From: Gammaproteobacteria bacterium
Lineage (GTDB): Bacteria > Pseudomonadota > Gammaproteobacteria > UBA1113
Length of the DNA: 64,000 nucleotides
Direction: 5' to 3'
Assembly: GCA_021773295.1 (NCBI GenBank)
Contig: JAJFKI010000027.1
Coordinates: 59,885-123,884, forward strand
Part shown: positions 11,546 to 19,205 of the stretch, piece by piece
How the letters are laid out: each line of letters opens with the position of its first letter
How positions within the stretch are numbered: position 1 is the first letter of the stretch
Position numbers and translations under genes: made by a program
Notes under the pieces: model-generated
What the model saw: only the letters and a program-made list of their open reading frames with translations
The model's database searches: none
What the model was told of the DNA's origin: nothing

Positions 11546-12523
11546 TTGATGCGCGAATACCATATTGAACCTGAAAAATTAGAGTTGACTCTAAAAGATG
11601 CTGTTACAAAGGCAAAGCTAAATCGAGAAGGTATCACAGCGAATTATATTCCTGAGTTAGCAAATGCTGATCCTGAAAAAACCAGCATTGCCGTTAAATT
11701 AAATAATGGCAAAATATATACGGCGGGTGACGCGGTTGATCATCATTTTACCCTCCAAAGTGTTGCTAAAACAGTTGTGTTAGCCGGCTTATTGGAAGAA
11801 GAGGGTATGGCCAAAGTCATATCCTGGACAGGTATGGAGCCGACAGGTCGTGCCTTTGCCTCAGTTTCACAGCTAGAGCTGCATGGTCCTGTGCCAGCTA
11901 ATCCTTTTGTCAATACTGGCGCCATTGCTCTTTGTAGCCGTATTCCTGGTAACAATGAAGAAGATAAAATCAATTGGTTAAAGCATTGGGTACAAAAACT
12001 ACATGGCAGGGCGTTATGTATCAACCAACAAGTATTTGAGTCGGAATATAATACGGGTAATCGTAATCGTGCCATTGCTTATTTGTTAAAAAGTAACGAT
12101 GTTATTCATGGTGATGTCGAAGAAATTCTGCGAATTTATTTTACCTTATGCTCATTTGAAGCGACGGTGATGGATGCTGCAAATTTGCCTATGTTATTAG
12201 CAAACGGTGGTCGTGATGTTGAAGGCGAACAAATTCTTGGTAAGTACAGTTGTGAATATATCACCGCAGTGATGGCGACTTGTGGTTTGTATGATGCATC
12301 CGGTTCGCACCTTGTTAAAACAGGCATGCCTGCAAAAAGTGGTGTTTCGGGTTTTATCATTTCAGCAGCCTTGGGGGTTGCTGGCATCGCAACGTATAGT
12401 CCACGATTAGATAGCAAAGGGACGAGTGTCCGTGGTGAAATCATGTTGACATACTTAAGCCGCGAAATGGATTGGCATTTTGCCATTCCACAAGTTATTT
12501 TTGGACGGCCTAAGATTATTTGA
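11546..12523 (+). CDS. glsA: Glutaminase
   Basis: YIPELA, LQSVAK (SxxK), NPFVNTGAI, GLYD and PAKSGVSG motifs. Confidence 0.92.
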   Translation: MMREYHIEPEKLELTLKDAVTKAKLNREGITANYIPELANADPEKTSIAVKLNNGKIYTAGDAVDHHFTLQSVAKTVVLAGLLEEEGMAKVISWTGMEPTGRAFASVSQLELHGPVPANPFVNTGAIALCSRIPGNNEEDKINWLKHWVQKLHGRALCINQQVFESEYNTGNRNRAIAYLLKSNDVIHGDVEEILRIYFTLCSFEATVMDAANLPMLLANGGRDVEGEQILGKYSCEYITAVMATCGLYDASGSHLVKTGMPAKSGVSGFIISAALGVAGIATYSPRLDSKGTSVRGEIMLTYLSREMDWHFAIPQVIFGRPKII

Positions 12524-12545
12524 TTCTTTTTTTATGATTTCGATA

Positions 12546-12663
12546 GCCTCATTTGCCCTCAGAAGGCCATTCGCAAACACGCCGTGAATACGTCCCTGTA
12601 GGCTCTGAACCGATATCTCTGTAGCTTAAGGTTTACGAAAGGTCTTCTGAGGGCACATAAGGC
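12546..12663. repeat. ~118-bp intergenic element with 33-bp imperfect terminal inverted repeats (MITE/REPIN-like)
   Basis: GCCTCATTTGCCCTCAGAAGGCCATTCGCAAAC (12546-12578) is the near reverse complement of GTTTACGAAAGGTCTTCTGAGGGCACATAAGGC (12631-12663). Confidence 0.7.
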
Positions 12664-12774
12664 GGATAGTTCAAGGCACTTATCTTTATTAGGTATAATC
12701 TTGTATTAGTGCTGTAGATGAGAGTGAGATGCGGTGTTATATTAGACTATAACTTGTAGGGCTTATCGCACCAC

Positions 12775-12805
12775 CGTCATCCTCGACCTTGACTCGAGGA
12801 TCCAG
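12775..12805 (+). repeat. CGTC-tagged REP-like palindrome
   Basis: CGTC-ATCCTCGA-ccttgac-TCGAGGAT-CCAG, the layout of CGTC-family REPs. Confidence 0.65.
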
Positions 12806-12834
12806 GAAAATTAAATTACTTAGAAGGAGTTGCA

Positions 12835-14346
12835 ATGTCAGCCTATCAATCACTTAAAGATATTTTTATAACACTTGCGGATTTAAATCATTTGGATGCT
12901 ATTGCCGGTTGGGATGAAGCGGTAATGATGCCAGAAGGGGCTGGGCATCGGCGGGCGCAGGCTTTGGCTAAGTTGCAAGCGATTCGGCATGGGATATTAG
13001 TGGATCCTAAGAATGAGGATCTGCTGGAACAAGCAAAGTCTGAAACGCTTGAAAGTGAATGGGATAAAGCAAATTTGAAGTGGATGGAAGAGCTTTATCT
13101 TAAGGCGACTTGTGTGCCATCGGAATTAGTACATGCATTGACGGAGGCTAGTTTTAAGTCTCAGCAAGCTTGGCGACAAATGCGCGCGGATAATGATTGG
13201 GAAGGGTTTAAGCCTTATTTACAAAAAACCTTAGATTTGGTCAAGGAAATCGCTGAGATTAAAGCGGATGTTTTTAATGAAGCGCCTTATGATATTTTAA
13301 TTGATGAATTCTCACCTGCGTTGAATCAAAAAATCATTGATCCCATATTTGCGGAACTAAAAGACTTTTTGCCTGGCTTTTGCCAACAAGTAATTGAACA
13401 ACAAGCTTCTCGTGAGTACATTTCTTTTAAAGGTCACTATCCTATTGAGAAGCAAAAATTATTAGGCATTGAATTGATGAAAGCCATAGGCTTTGATTTT
13501 AATCGTGGGCGTTTGGATGTCAGTCATCATCCCTTTACCGGCGGCGATCATTTTGATGTGCGTATTACTACACGTTATGACGAAAATGATTTTGCACCCG
13601 CCATGATGGCGGTGTGTCATGAAACAGGCCACGGCATGTATGAGTTAGGCTTGCCAGATGACTGGGCGGATCAGCCTGTTGGTTCATCTTTAGGAATGTC
13701 AGTACATGAGAGTCAGTCGTTATTAATAGAAATGCAAGCCTGTCGTAGTTATGAGTTTTTGCAATTTCTAGCCAGTAAAGCAAAAACACATTTTGGCGAT
13801 GAGCCAGCGTTTGCGGTGGATAATCTTTTTAACATATACACAAAAGTTAAGCCTGATTTTATCCGTGTAGATGCTGATGAGGTCACTTATCCATTGCATG
13901 TTATCATGCGTTATGAAATTGAAAAGCAATTGATTGCAGGTGATTTAAGCTTAGATGATTTGCCCCAAGCGTGGGATCACGCTATGCAATCTCTCTTTGG
14001 TCTTTCGACTAACGGCAATTACAAGAATGGCGTTATGCAAGATGTACATTGGCCTTCTGGTTGTTTCGGCTACTTCCCAGCATACACTATCGGCAGCATC
14101 ATTGCGGCGCAAGTGTATCAAGCTGCATTGAAGGCTTGTCCCGCTATTCCTAATGAATTAAAACAAGGAAATTTTTCTACATTGATTCAATGGCTAAGAG
14201 AAAACATTCATGGTTATGGAAGTTTATATTCAACAGAGCAATTAGTATTAAATGCAAGCGGAGTGCCTCTATCAACAACGCCTTATATCCAACATTTGCA
14301 GCGACGTTACATAGATCACTCTCAACTTTATCTGACGCCATTTTAA
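12835..14346 (+). CDS. Carboxypeptidase M32 (Taq) family
   Basis: HPF, DVRITTRY, HETGH (HExxH), HESQ, IRVDADE and QDVHW motifs. Confidence 0.95.
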   Translation: MSAYQSLKDIFITLADLNHLDAIAGWDEAVMMPEGAGHRRAQALAKLQAIRHGILVDPKNEDLLEQAKSETLESEWDKANLKWMEELYLKATCVPSELVHALTEASFKSQQAWRQMRADNDWEGFKPYLQKTLDLVKEIAEIKADVFNEAPYDILIDEFSPALNQKIIDPIFAELKDFLPGFCQQVIEQQASREYISFKGHYPIEKQKLLGIELMKAIGFDFNRGRLDVSHHPFTGGDHFDVRITTRYDENDFAPAMMAVCHETGHGMYELGLPDDWADQPVGSSLGMSVHESQSLLIEMQACRSYEFLQFLASKAKTHFGDEPAFAVDNLFNIYTKVKPDFIRVDADEVTYPLHVIMRYEIEKQLIAGDLSLDDLPQAWDHAMQSLFGLSTNGNYKNGVMQDVHWPSGCFGYFPAYTIGSIIAAQVYQAALKACPAIPNELKQGNFSTLIQWLRENIHGYGSLYSTEQLVLNASGVPLSTTPYIQHLQRRYIDHSQLYLTPF

Positions 14347-14588
14347 GTCACCTCATTAAAAAAACACTGCTTTTTTTCATTACAGCTTACTCACTAAAGT
14401 AAACTCAGAGCGAGAGTATTGTCTGGCTCTGAGTCAAACATAGTTACCTATGTGATAGATAATTTTTACATATTTTGCCCTATCTTTAACTAGCATGTTA
14501 GCTGCTGCGTGCTAATTATAACTTTAATTTAAATCAAAGGGTTAAGATGGTCGGAGTATATCGTTTCATAAAAATATTTCATCCCCTA

Positions 14589-14617
14589 TTGAAAGTTCTC
14601 TAAAGGTTCTCTATGCT
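14589..14617 (+). promoter_or_regulatory. Sigma70 promoter of lexA with a GTTC-N7-GTTC SOS box in the spacer
   Basis: TTGAAA (14589-14594), 17 bp, TATGCT (14612-14617); GTTC-TCTAAAG-GTTC at 14595-14609. Confidence 0.8.
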
Positions 14618-14644
14618 TGAGGTGACAAGACAGGAGATAGGGCC

Positions 14645-15244
14645 ATGTTAACCGAGAGTGAGAAAAAGACGTATATGTTTATTAGTGATTACATCAAACA
14701 ACAGGGCATCGCGCCGACATTGCCGGAAATTGCTGCTGGTATTGGGATTAGCTCTAAGGGCGTCATACACCGCTATGTGCAGGCGCTAGCCGAGAAGGGG
14801 TGGATAACGTTGATTCCCAAGGTGCATCGTGGTATTAAGCTTACTAGCAAGGCCTTGAGCAAAGCCTTCAGCTTGCCTTTGCTGGGCACCATTGCCGCAG
14901 GGCAACCCATCGAAGCCATTCAAACCCATACGGAAATCGACTTAGCCAGTATTTTTGCTGGGGAAGGTCGCTATTTGCTGCGGGTGAGGGGGGATTCAAT
15001 GATTGATGAAGGCATTTATGATGGTGATATGATCATATGCCAGCAAACTACCCAAGTGCATAACAACGACATTGTCATTGCTTTAATCGATAAGCAAGAA
15101 GCGACGCTAAAACGCTTGCAGCGCAACATTGATGGCACGATAACCCTCATTCCAGCGAATCCTTCTTATAGCCCAATGACGTACCCGGCACATCGTGTCT
15201 CGGTGCAAGGGATTTTCATTGGCTTATTGCGGGTGCCAAGATGA
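14645..15244 (+). CDS. lexA: LexA repressor
   Basis: N-terminal wHTH; IAAG cleavage site; GDSM (Ser) and TLKR (Lys) dyad; AGGAG RBS. Confidence 0.95.
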   Translation: MLTESEKKTYMFISDYIKQQGIAPTLPEIAAGIGISSKGVIHRYVQALAEKGWITLIPKVHRGIKLTSKALSKAFSLPLLGTIAAGQPIEAIQTHTEIDLASIFAGEGRYLLRVRGDSMIDEGIYDGDMIICQQTTQVHNNDIVIALIDKQEATLKRLQRNIDGTITLIPANPSYSPMTYPAHRVSVQGIFIGLLRVPR

Positions 15245-16482
15245 AGCCTGAAGTAAACTATTGGCCTCGTGCCATTATTTTAGTGGACATGAATGCTTTC
15301 TTCGCTGCTATCGAGCAGCAGGATTACCCCGAGCTAAAAGGGCGCCCCATTGCTATCACTAACGGCGAAGAAGGCAGTTGTATTATTACCGCATCTTATG
15401 AAGCCAGAGCCTTTGGCATTAAAACGGGCATGCGCTTAAGAGAGGGTAAGCGTCTATGCCCGCAGTTATTACAAATTGCTTCGCGCCCTAAGCGCTATAC
15501 CGAAATTTCAAGAAACATTATGCAAGCCCTGGCAGACATTACACCGGATATGGAAGTGTTTTCAGTGGATGAAGCTTTTTTAGATGTGACTTATTGTCAA
15601 CGTTTGTATGGTTCACCAGAGTATATTGCACAACTGGTGAAACAAACCGTATTTGACGTCTCAGGTTTACATTGTTCCATTGGTGTTAGTGGTGATAAAA
15701 CTACGGCGAAGTTCGCTGCGAAACGTTTTAAGCCTAATGGTTTTTGTGTAATTGCGCCATGGGAAGCGAAACATGTGCTTGCCAAAGTACCCGTCACGGA
15801 ACTATGTGGCATTGCCTCGGGTATTGCAGCCTTTTTATCACAATACGGCGTACAGGTTTGTGGCGATATGGAAAAAGTCCCTATCAGCATTTTGGCAAAA
15901 CGCTTTGGTAATTTAGGGCGTCGCCTGTGGCACATGTGTCAAGGTAGCGATCCCGATCTCGTGCACACGAACATCGCCGCACCAAAATCCATGGGTCACA
16001 GTAAAATCATCCCCCCAGGCACCAAACAACAAGATATTATTTTATTTTACTTACGCTATCTTTCAGAAAAATTAGCTGCCCGCTTGCGCCGCCATGAGAT
16101 GCAAGCGCAAATTTTTTCTATTTGCACCAAGGGCGTAAACAAAGACAAATACGGCGGCAAACACCGCTTAACGCTGCCCACTGATGATGGCAAAATTATT
16201 TATGATCTCGGTAAACAATTAATCTTTGCCGAATGGCAAGGCCAAGGTTTAATACAAGTCAAAGTCAATGCCCTAGATCCAAAACCCACAAACATGCAAT
16301 TAGATTTACTAATAGAACACGATGAAAACAGTACCCTCAAAAATCAAACCATCGACGATATCAACAACCGTTACGGCTCCCTCACGGTGATGCCAGCAAC
16401 CTTGCTACAAAATAACCAATCCGTGACCAGTGTCATATCGCCTGCATGGAAACCAAAGGGCCATAGACAGACGATAGAGTGA
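15241..16482 (+). CDS. dinB: Y-family DNA polymerase (DinB/Pol IV-like, C-terminally extended)
   Basis: DMNAFF, SYEAR and SVDE catalytic motifs; QLDLL clamp motif; IDDINNRYG tail; ATGA overlap with lexA. Confidence 0.9.
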   Translation: MKPEVNYWPRAIILVDMNAFFAAIEQQDYPELKGRPIAITNGEEGSCIITASYEARAFGIKTGMRLREGKRLCPQLLQIASRPKRYTEISRNIMQALADITPDMEVFSVDEAFLDVTYCQRLYGSPEYIAQLVKQTVFDVSGLHCSIGVSGDKTTAKFAAKRFKPNGFCVIAPWEAKHVLAKVPVTELCGIASGIAAFLSQYGVQVCGDMEKVPISILAKRFGNLGRRLWHMCQGSDPDLVHTNIAAPKSMGHSKIIPPGTKQQDIILFYLRYLSEKLAARLRRHEMQAQIFSICTKGVNKDKYGGKHRLTLPTDDGKIIYDLGKQLIFAEWQGQGLIQVKVNALDPKPTNMQLDLLIEHDENSTLKNQTIDDINNRYGSLTVMPATLLQNNQSVTSVISPAWKPKGHRQTIE

Positions 16483-16548
16483 AAAAATATTGAGTTAAAT
16501 AATTAATGGCTATACTCAATCTTAGAGTATAAAACAGGAGAGAAAAAG

Positions 16549-16959
16549 ATGTGTGGTGGTGTAATGTACTCATATGAAGATGACGTGCTAACGGTTTACT
16601 TTCCTAACCCAAAGGCTGTGTTGCCGGTATTAAAGCGCGATGGTGACATAGAGCTACTTCCTTGGGGCCGGCGGCAACAACAAGCAGGCTTTTTACCCAT
16701 GGGCGGTTGGGCACGATTAGAATCCATTCACCAAGGCAAGTGGGATAAATACTTTCCCACGCCGGTGAAAATTCCTTTATTAAAATTTATGGAAAAAGAC
16801 TTAGAAGGCACGAGTCATTGGTTTGACGTGATGTCTGGCCAATATGTGCAAGGACTTATCGCACACAATCAAACTGAACAGCGACTTTATGTGGTAACCA
16901 TTGCGCCAGATAAAGAGGATGCTATTTTTCATCGCTGGCCAAGGGTGGTTGCGAAATAA
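16549..16959 (+). CDS. Minimal SRAP/HMCES-like protein (putative abasic-site crosslinker)
   Basis: MCG N-terminus; PWG, WARLE, IPLLKFME and HRWP are collinear with the SRAP motifs WG, NARxE, IPxxGFYE and HxRMP; AGGAG RBS. Confidence 0.65.
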   Translation: MCGGVMYSYEDDVLTVYFPNPKAVLPVLKRDGDIELLPWGRRQQQAGFLPMGGWARLESIHQGKWDKYFPTPVKIPLLKFMEKDLEGTSHWFDVMSGQYVQGLIAHNQTEQRLYVVTIAPDKEDAIFHRWPRVVAK

Positions 16960-17013
16960 TAGGGAAGCGGCTAACATGGGCAACCATCATTAACAGACAA
17001 TTAGGGGTAAAAC

Positions 17014-17724
17014 ATGAACATTTCGACGATTAAATACGAAGCTGGCGGCGTTGTTGCTCACGGTTATGTCGCTTATAAAGAAGACAATGCTGATCCAAAG
17101 CCCGCTATACTTATTGCTCATGATTGGACAGGTCTTAATGAAAACGCACAAAAGCGGGCGCAGGCATTAGCTGAAATGGGTTATGTAGGCTTTGCCTTAG
17201 ACATGTACGGTGATGCTAAACAAGGCAGTGACAATGAAGACAAAATGAAATTAATGTCACCCCTGTTAGAAAAGCGCAGCCTACTACGAGATAGAGTGCA
17301 AGCGGCTTATCAAACCGTTAAAGACATGGATAATGTGGACAGTGACAAAATTGCAATTATCGGTTATTGCTTCGGTGGTTTATGTGCGTTAGATTTAGCG
17401 CGAAGTGGTTGCGATATTCAAGGCGCGATTAGTTTTCACGGTTTATTGAATGCGCCAAGTGATTTAGAGAATGAAAAAATCACGGCCAAGGTTTTAGTGC
17501 TTCACGGCCATGATGATCCCATGGTGCCACCAGAGCAAGTCTTACACTTCCAAAAAGAAATGACAGCGTCTAAAGCCGATTGGCAAATGCATATCTATGG
17601 CAATACTCAACATGCCTTTACGACACCGCAAGCTAACAATCCAAAATTAGGAACTATTTACAGTGAAACAGCAGATAAGCGATCATGGTTAGCAATGCTT
17701 AATTTTCTGCAAGAGATCTTTTGA
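17014..17724 (+). CDS. Dienelactone hydrolase family protein
   Basis: GYCFGG nucleophile motif, HGHDDP and HAFT. Confidence 0.93.
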   Translation: MNISTIKYEAGGVVAHGYVAYKEDNADPKPAILIAHDWTGLNENAQKRAQALAEMGYVGFALDMYGDAKQGSDNEDKMKLMSPLLEKRSLLRDRVQAAYQTVKDMDNVDSDKIAIIGYCFGGLCALDLARSGCDIQGAISFHGLLNAPSDLENEKITAKVLVLHGHDDPMVPPEQVLHFQKEMTASKADWQMHIYGNTQHAFTTPQANNPKLGTIYSETADKRSWLAMLNFLQEIF

Positions 17725-17822
17725 ATTTACCCTCTCACCCAGGTATCCCGTCATCCTCACCCATCACAATGCGCGCGTCATGAAGTGATTTGTCAAATAA
17801 TAGCGGATACAAGTCCATAATC

Positions 17823-18848
17823 CTAGATGCCGGCAATTTGTCTGAAATTGCTGCCTTCATCGGCATCATTGATTTGATTTTTTATTTCTTCGAATAGTGT
17901 AAGCAGGGTGCTTTCAAGCGTGTTATCTTCATCTCTTATTTCTTGGCAAAGGGCTTCGATTTCAGTCAAGATTCCTTCTTTGGTTTTACTATGTTCAAGA
18001 AACACTTGTTGGAAGCGAGCAATTTGCGCTTCTCTATTTTCATTGGGCGAAAAAAAACCTAATTGTTTTAAAGAATAGGCTGTTGACGGGCGACGTTGTT
18101 GATAAAGTGTGAAGAAAGCTTGTCTCGCTTCTTTATTTCTTTGTATGGCTCTTTCCTGAGCCATTGTCATTAATTCATTCCGATCCATAAAATAGCGAGA
18201 ATCAATCCATAAAGGAATTTCAGTGTCTGGACAATAAGTATAGCCTGCTATTATCCTTGCATCTATTTCAGTGTAACCTTTAGTTTTTAGTTCATTATAT
18301 TTTTCTTCCATTTGTCTTGGTGAGCCAGTTGCTGCGCTTTCGGATAATAAGAGTAATTCTGCGAAACCAACACTTTTTCTAGATTTTCCTTTTCCTTTTT
18401 TATCTCGTTTTCTATTCATAACAGATTTTCTAATACTACTCATGCGAGGCAGCAACGTGTACATAGGAAGATGTAACTTAGTTTCAAGTTCACGAATGAC
18501 TTGCCGGTATTCGAGCCGCTTAGCTTTTAATAATTTAGTATCTGTGATGTTAATTTGAGAATAAATTACTGTGATTGTGTTTAAAATATTTTTTTGGTAG
18601 CTCATCACTTCATGATCACTTTCATATTGACTGCCGATAAACTCAAGTGTAGGAGGAATAGTTCCCAACATACTTTTTAAGGATTCATCATGTGCAAGCT
18701 TTTCAGTCACAAAGGATTTCAGCGTCTTATAAATTGCTGATAGCTGATGTTCAGTCAGCGATAATTTATCTTTGGTGGCACTAGAGCTACTGGCAGCACT
18801 ACTGCTGCTACTACTTGCAGATCTGCGATTTCCAGGTTCTCGGCTCAT
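17823..18848 (-). CDS. Orphan protein, candidate host-directed effector
   Basis: 341-aa ORF with AAGGA RBS; N-terminal poly-Ser, basic patch plus KSVGF, acidic helical C-terminus. Confidence 0.75.
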   Translation of the reverse strand: MSREPGNRRSASSSSSSAASSSSATKDKLSLTEHQLSAIYKTLKSFVTEKLAHDESLKSMLGTIPPTLEFIGSQYESDHEVMSYQKNILNTITVIYSQINITDTKLLKAKRLEYRQVIRELETKLHLPMYTLLPRMSSIRKSVMNRKRDKKGKGKSRKSVGFAELLLLSESAATGSPRQMEEKYNELKTKGYTEIDARIIAGYTYCPDTEIPLWIDSRYFMDRNELMTMAQERAIQRNKEARQAFFTLYQQRRPSTAYSLKQLGFFSPNENREAQIARFQQVFLEHSKTKEGILTEIEALCQEIRDEDNTLESTLLTLFEEIKNQINDADEGSNFRQIAGI

Positions 18849-19037
18849 TTAAATATCCTTAAAATTAACCCCCATTAATAAGCTTAGAAGCTTGTTGTTA
18901 AGAGATTATTATGGACAGGTTGACATTAGATTATATTGTAGTTATGTGGGCGATATCTTACAAGATGTAGGGGCAAGAACTGATAGAAGCTCATTTAAGA
19001 CTTTGATAAAGTTACACGGTCATTGTTGCTATCCTAC

Positions 19038-19171
19038 AAGGACGTCGGAAGCTAGACTTTATTGGAACAGTTAAGCCAGAAGTACGGACCAAGTGGCATT
19101 CAGTTCCGCATGTTACTTGGCCGTGCTTTATGGCTTAACGTTCATAAATTCTGATAAAGCGTAAGCGTCTT
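19038..19171 (+). ncRNA. Putative structured RNA (long rod-like hairpin), function unknown
   Basis: Nested stems GAAC/GTTC, GTTAAGCCA/TGGCTTAAC, GAAGTACGG/CCGTGCTTT, CCAAGTGGCAT/ATGTTACTTGG; non-WC pairs are G-U on the + strand. Confidence 0.5.
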
Positions 19172-19205
19172 CCCAATTTAACTTCCATTTTATTAGGTAA
19201 TATGC

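Noticed and set aside
14403-14434. ACTCAGAGC/GCTCTGAGT hairpin after the M32 gene
   Set aside because: Single 9-bp stem with a long loop and no U-tract; not enough to call a terminator or ncRNA
18892-19074. 60-aa ORF as a leader peptide
   Set aside because: No RBS, overlaps divergent promoter elements, and has no informative composition
19070-19139. GTTAAGC...GCTTAAC as an integron attC site
   Set aside because: The order is inverted relative to attC (RYYYAAC...GTTRRRY), there is no cassette array, and nothing marks the recombinase at 27921 as IntI
19038-19171. Retron msr-msd or CRISPR-related RNA
   Set aside because: No reverse transcriptase or cas gene in the window and no repeat-spacer periodicity
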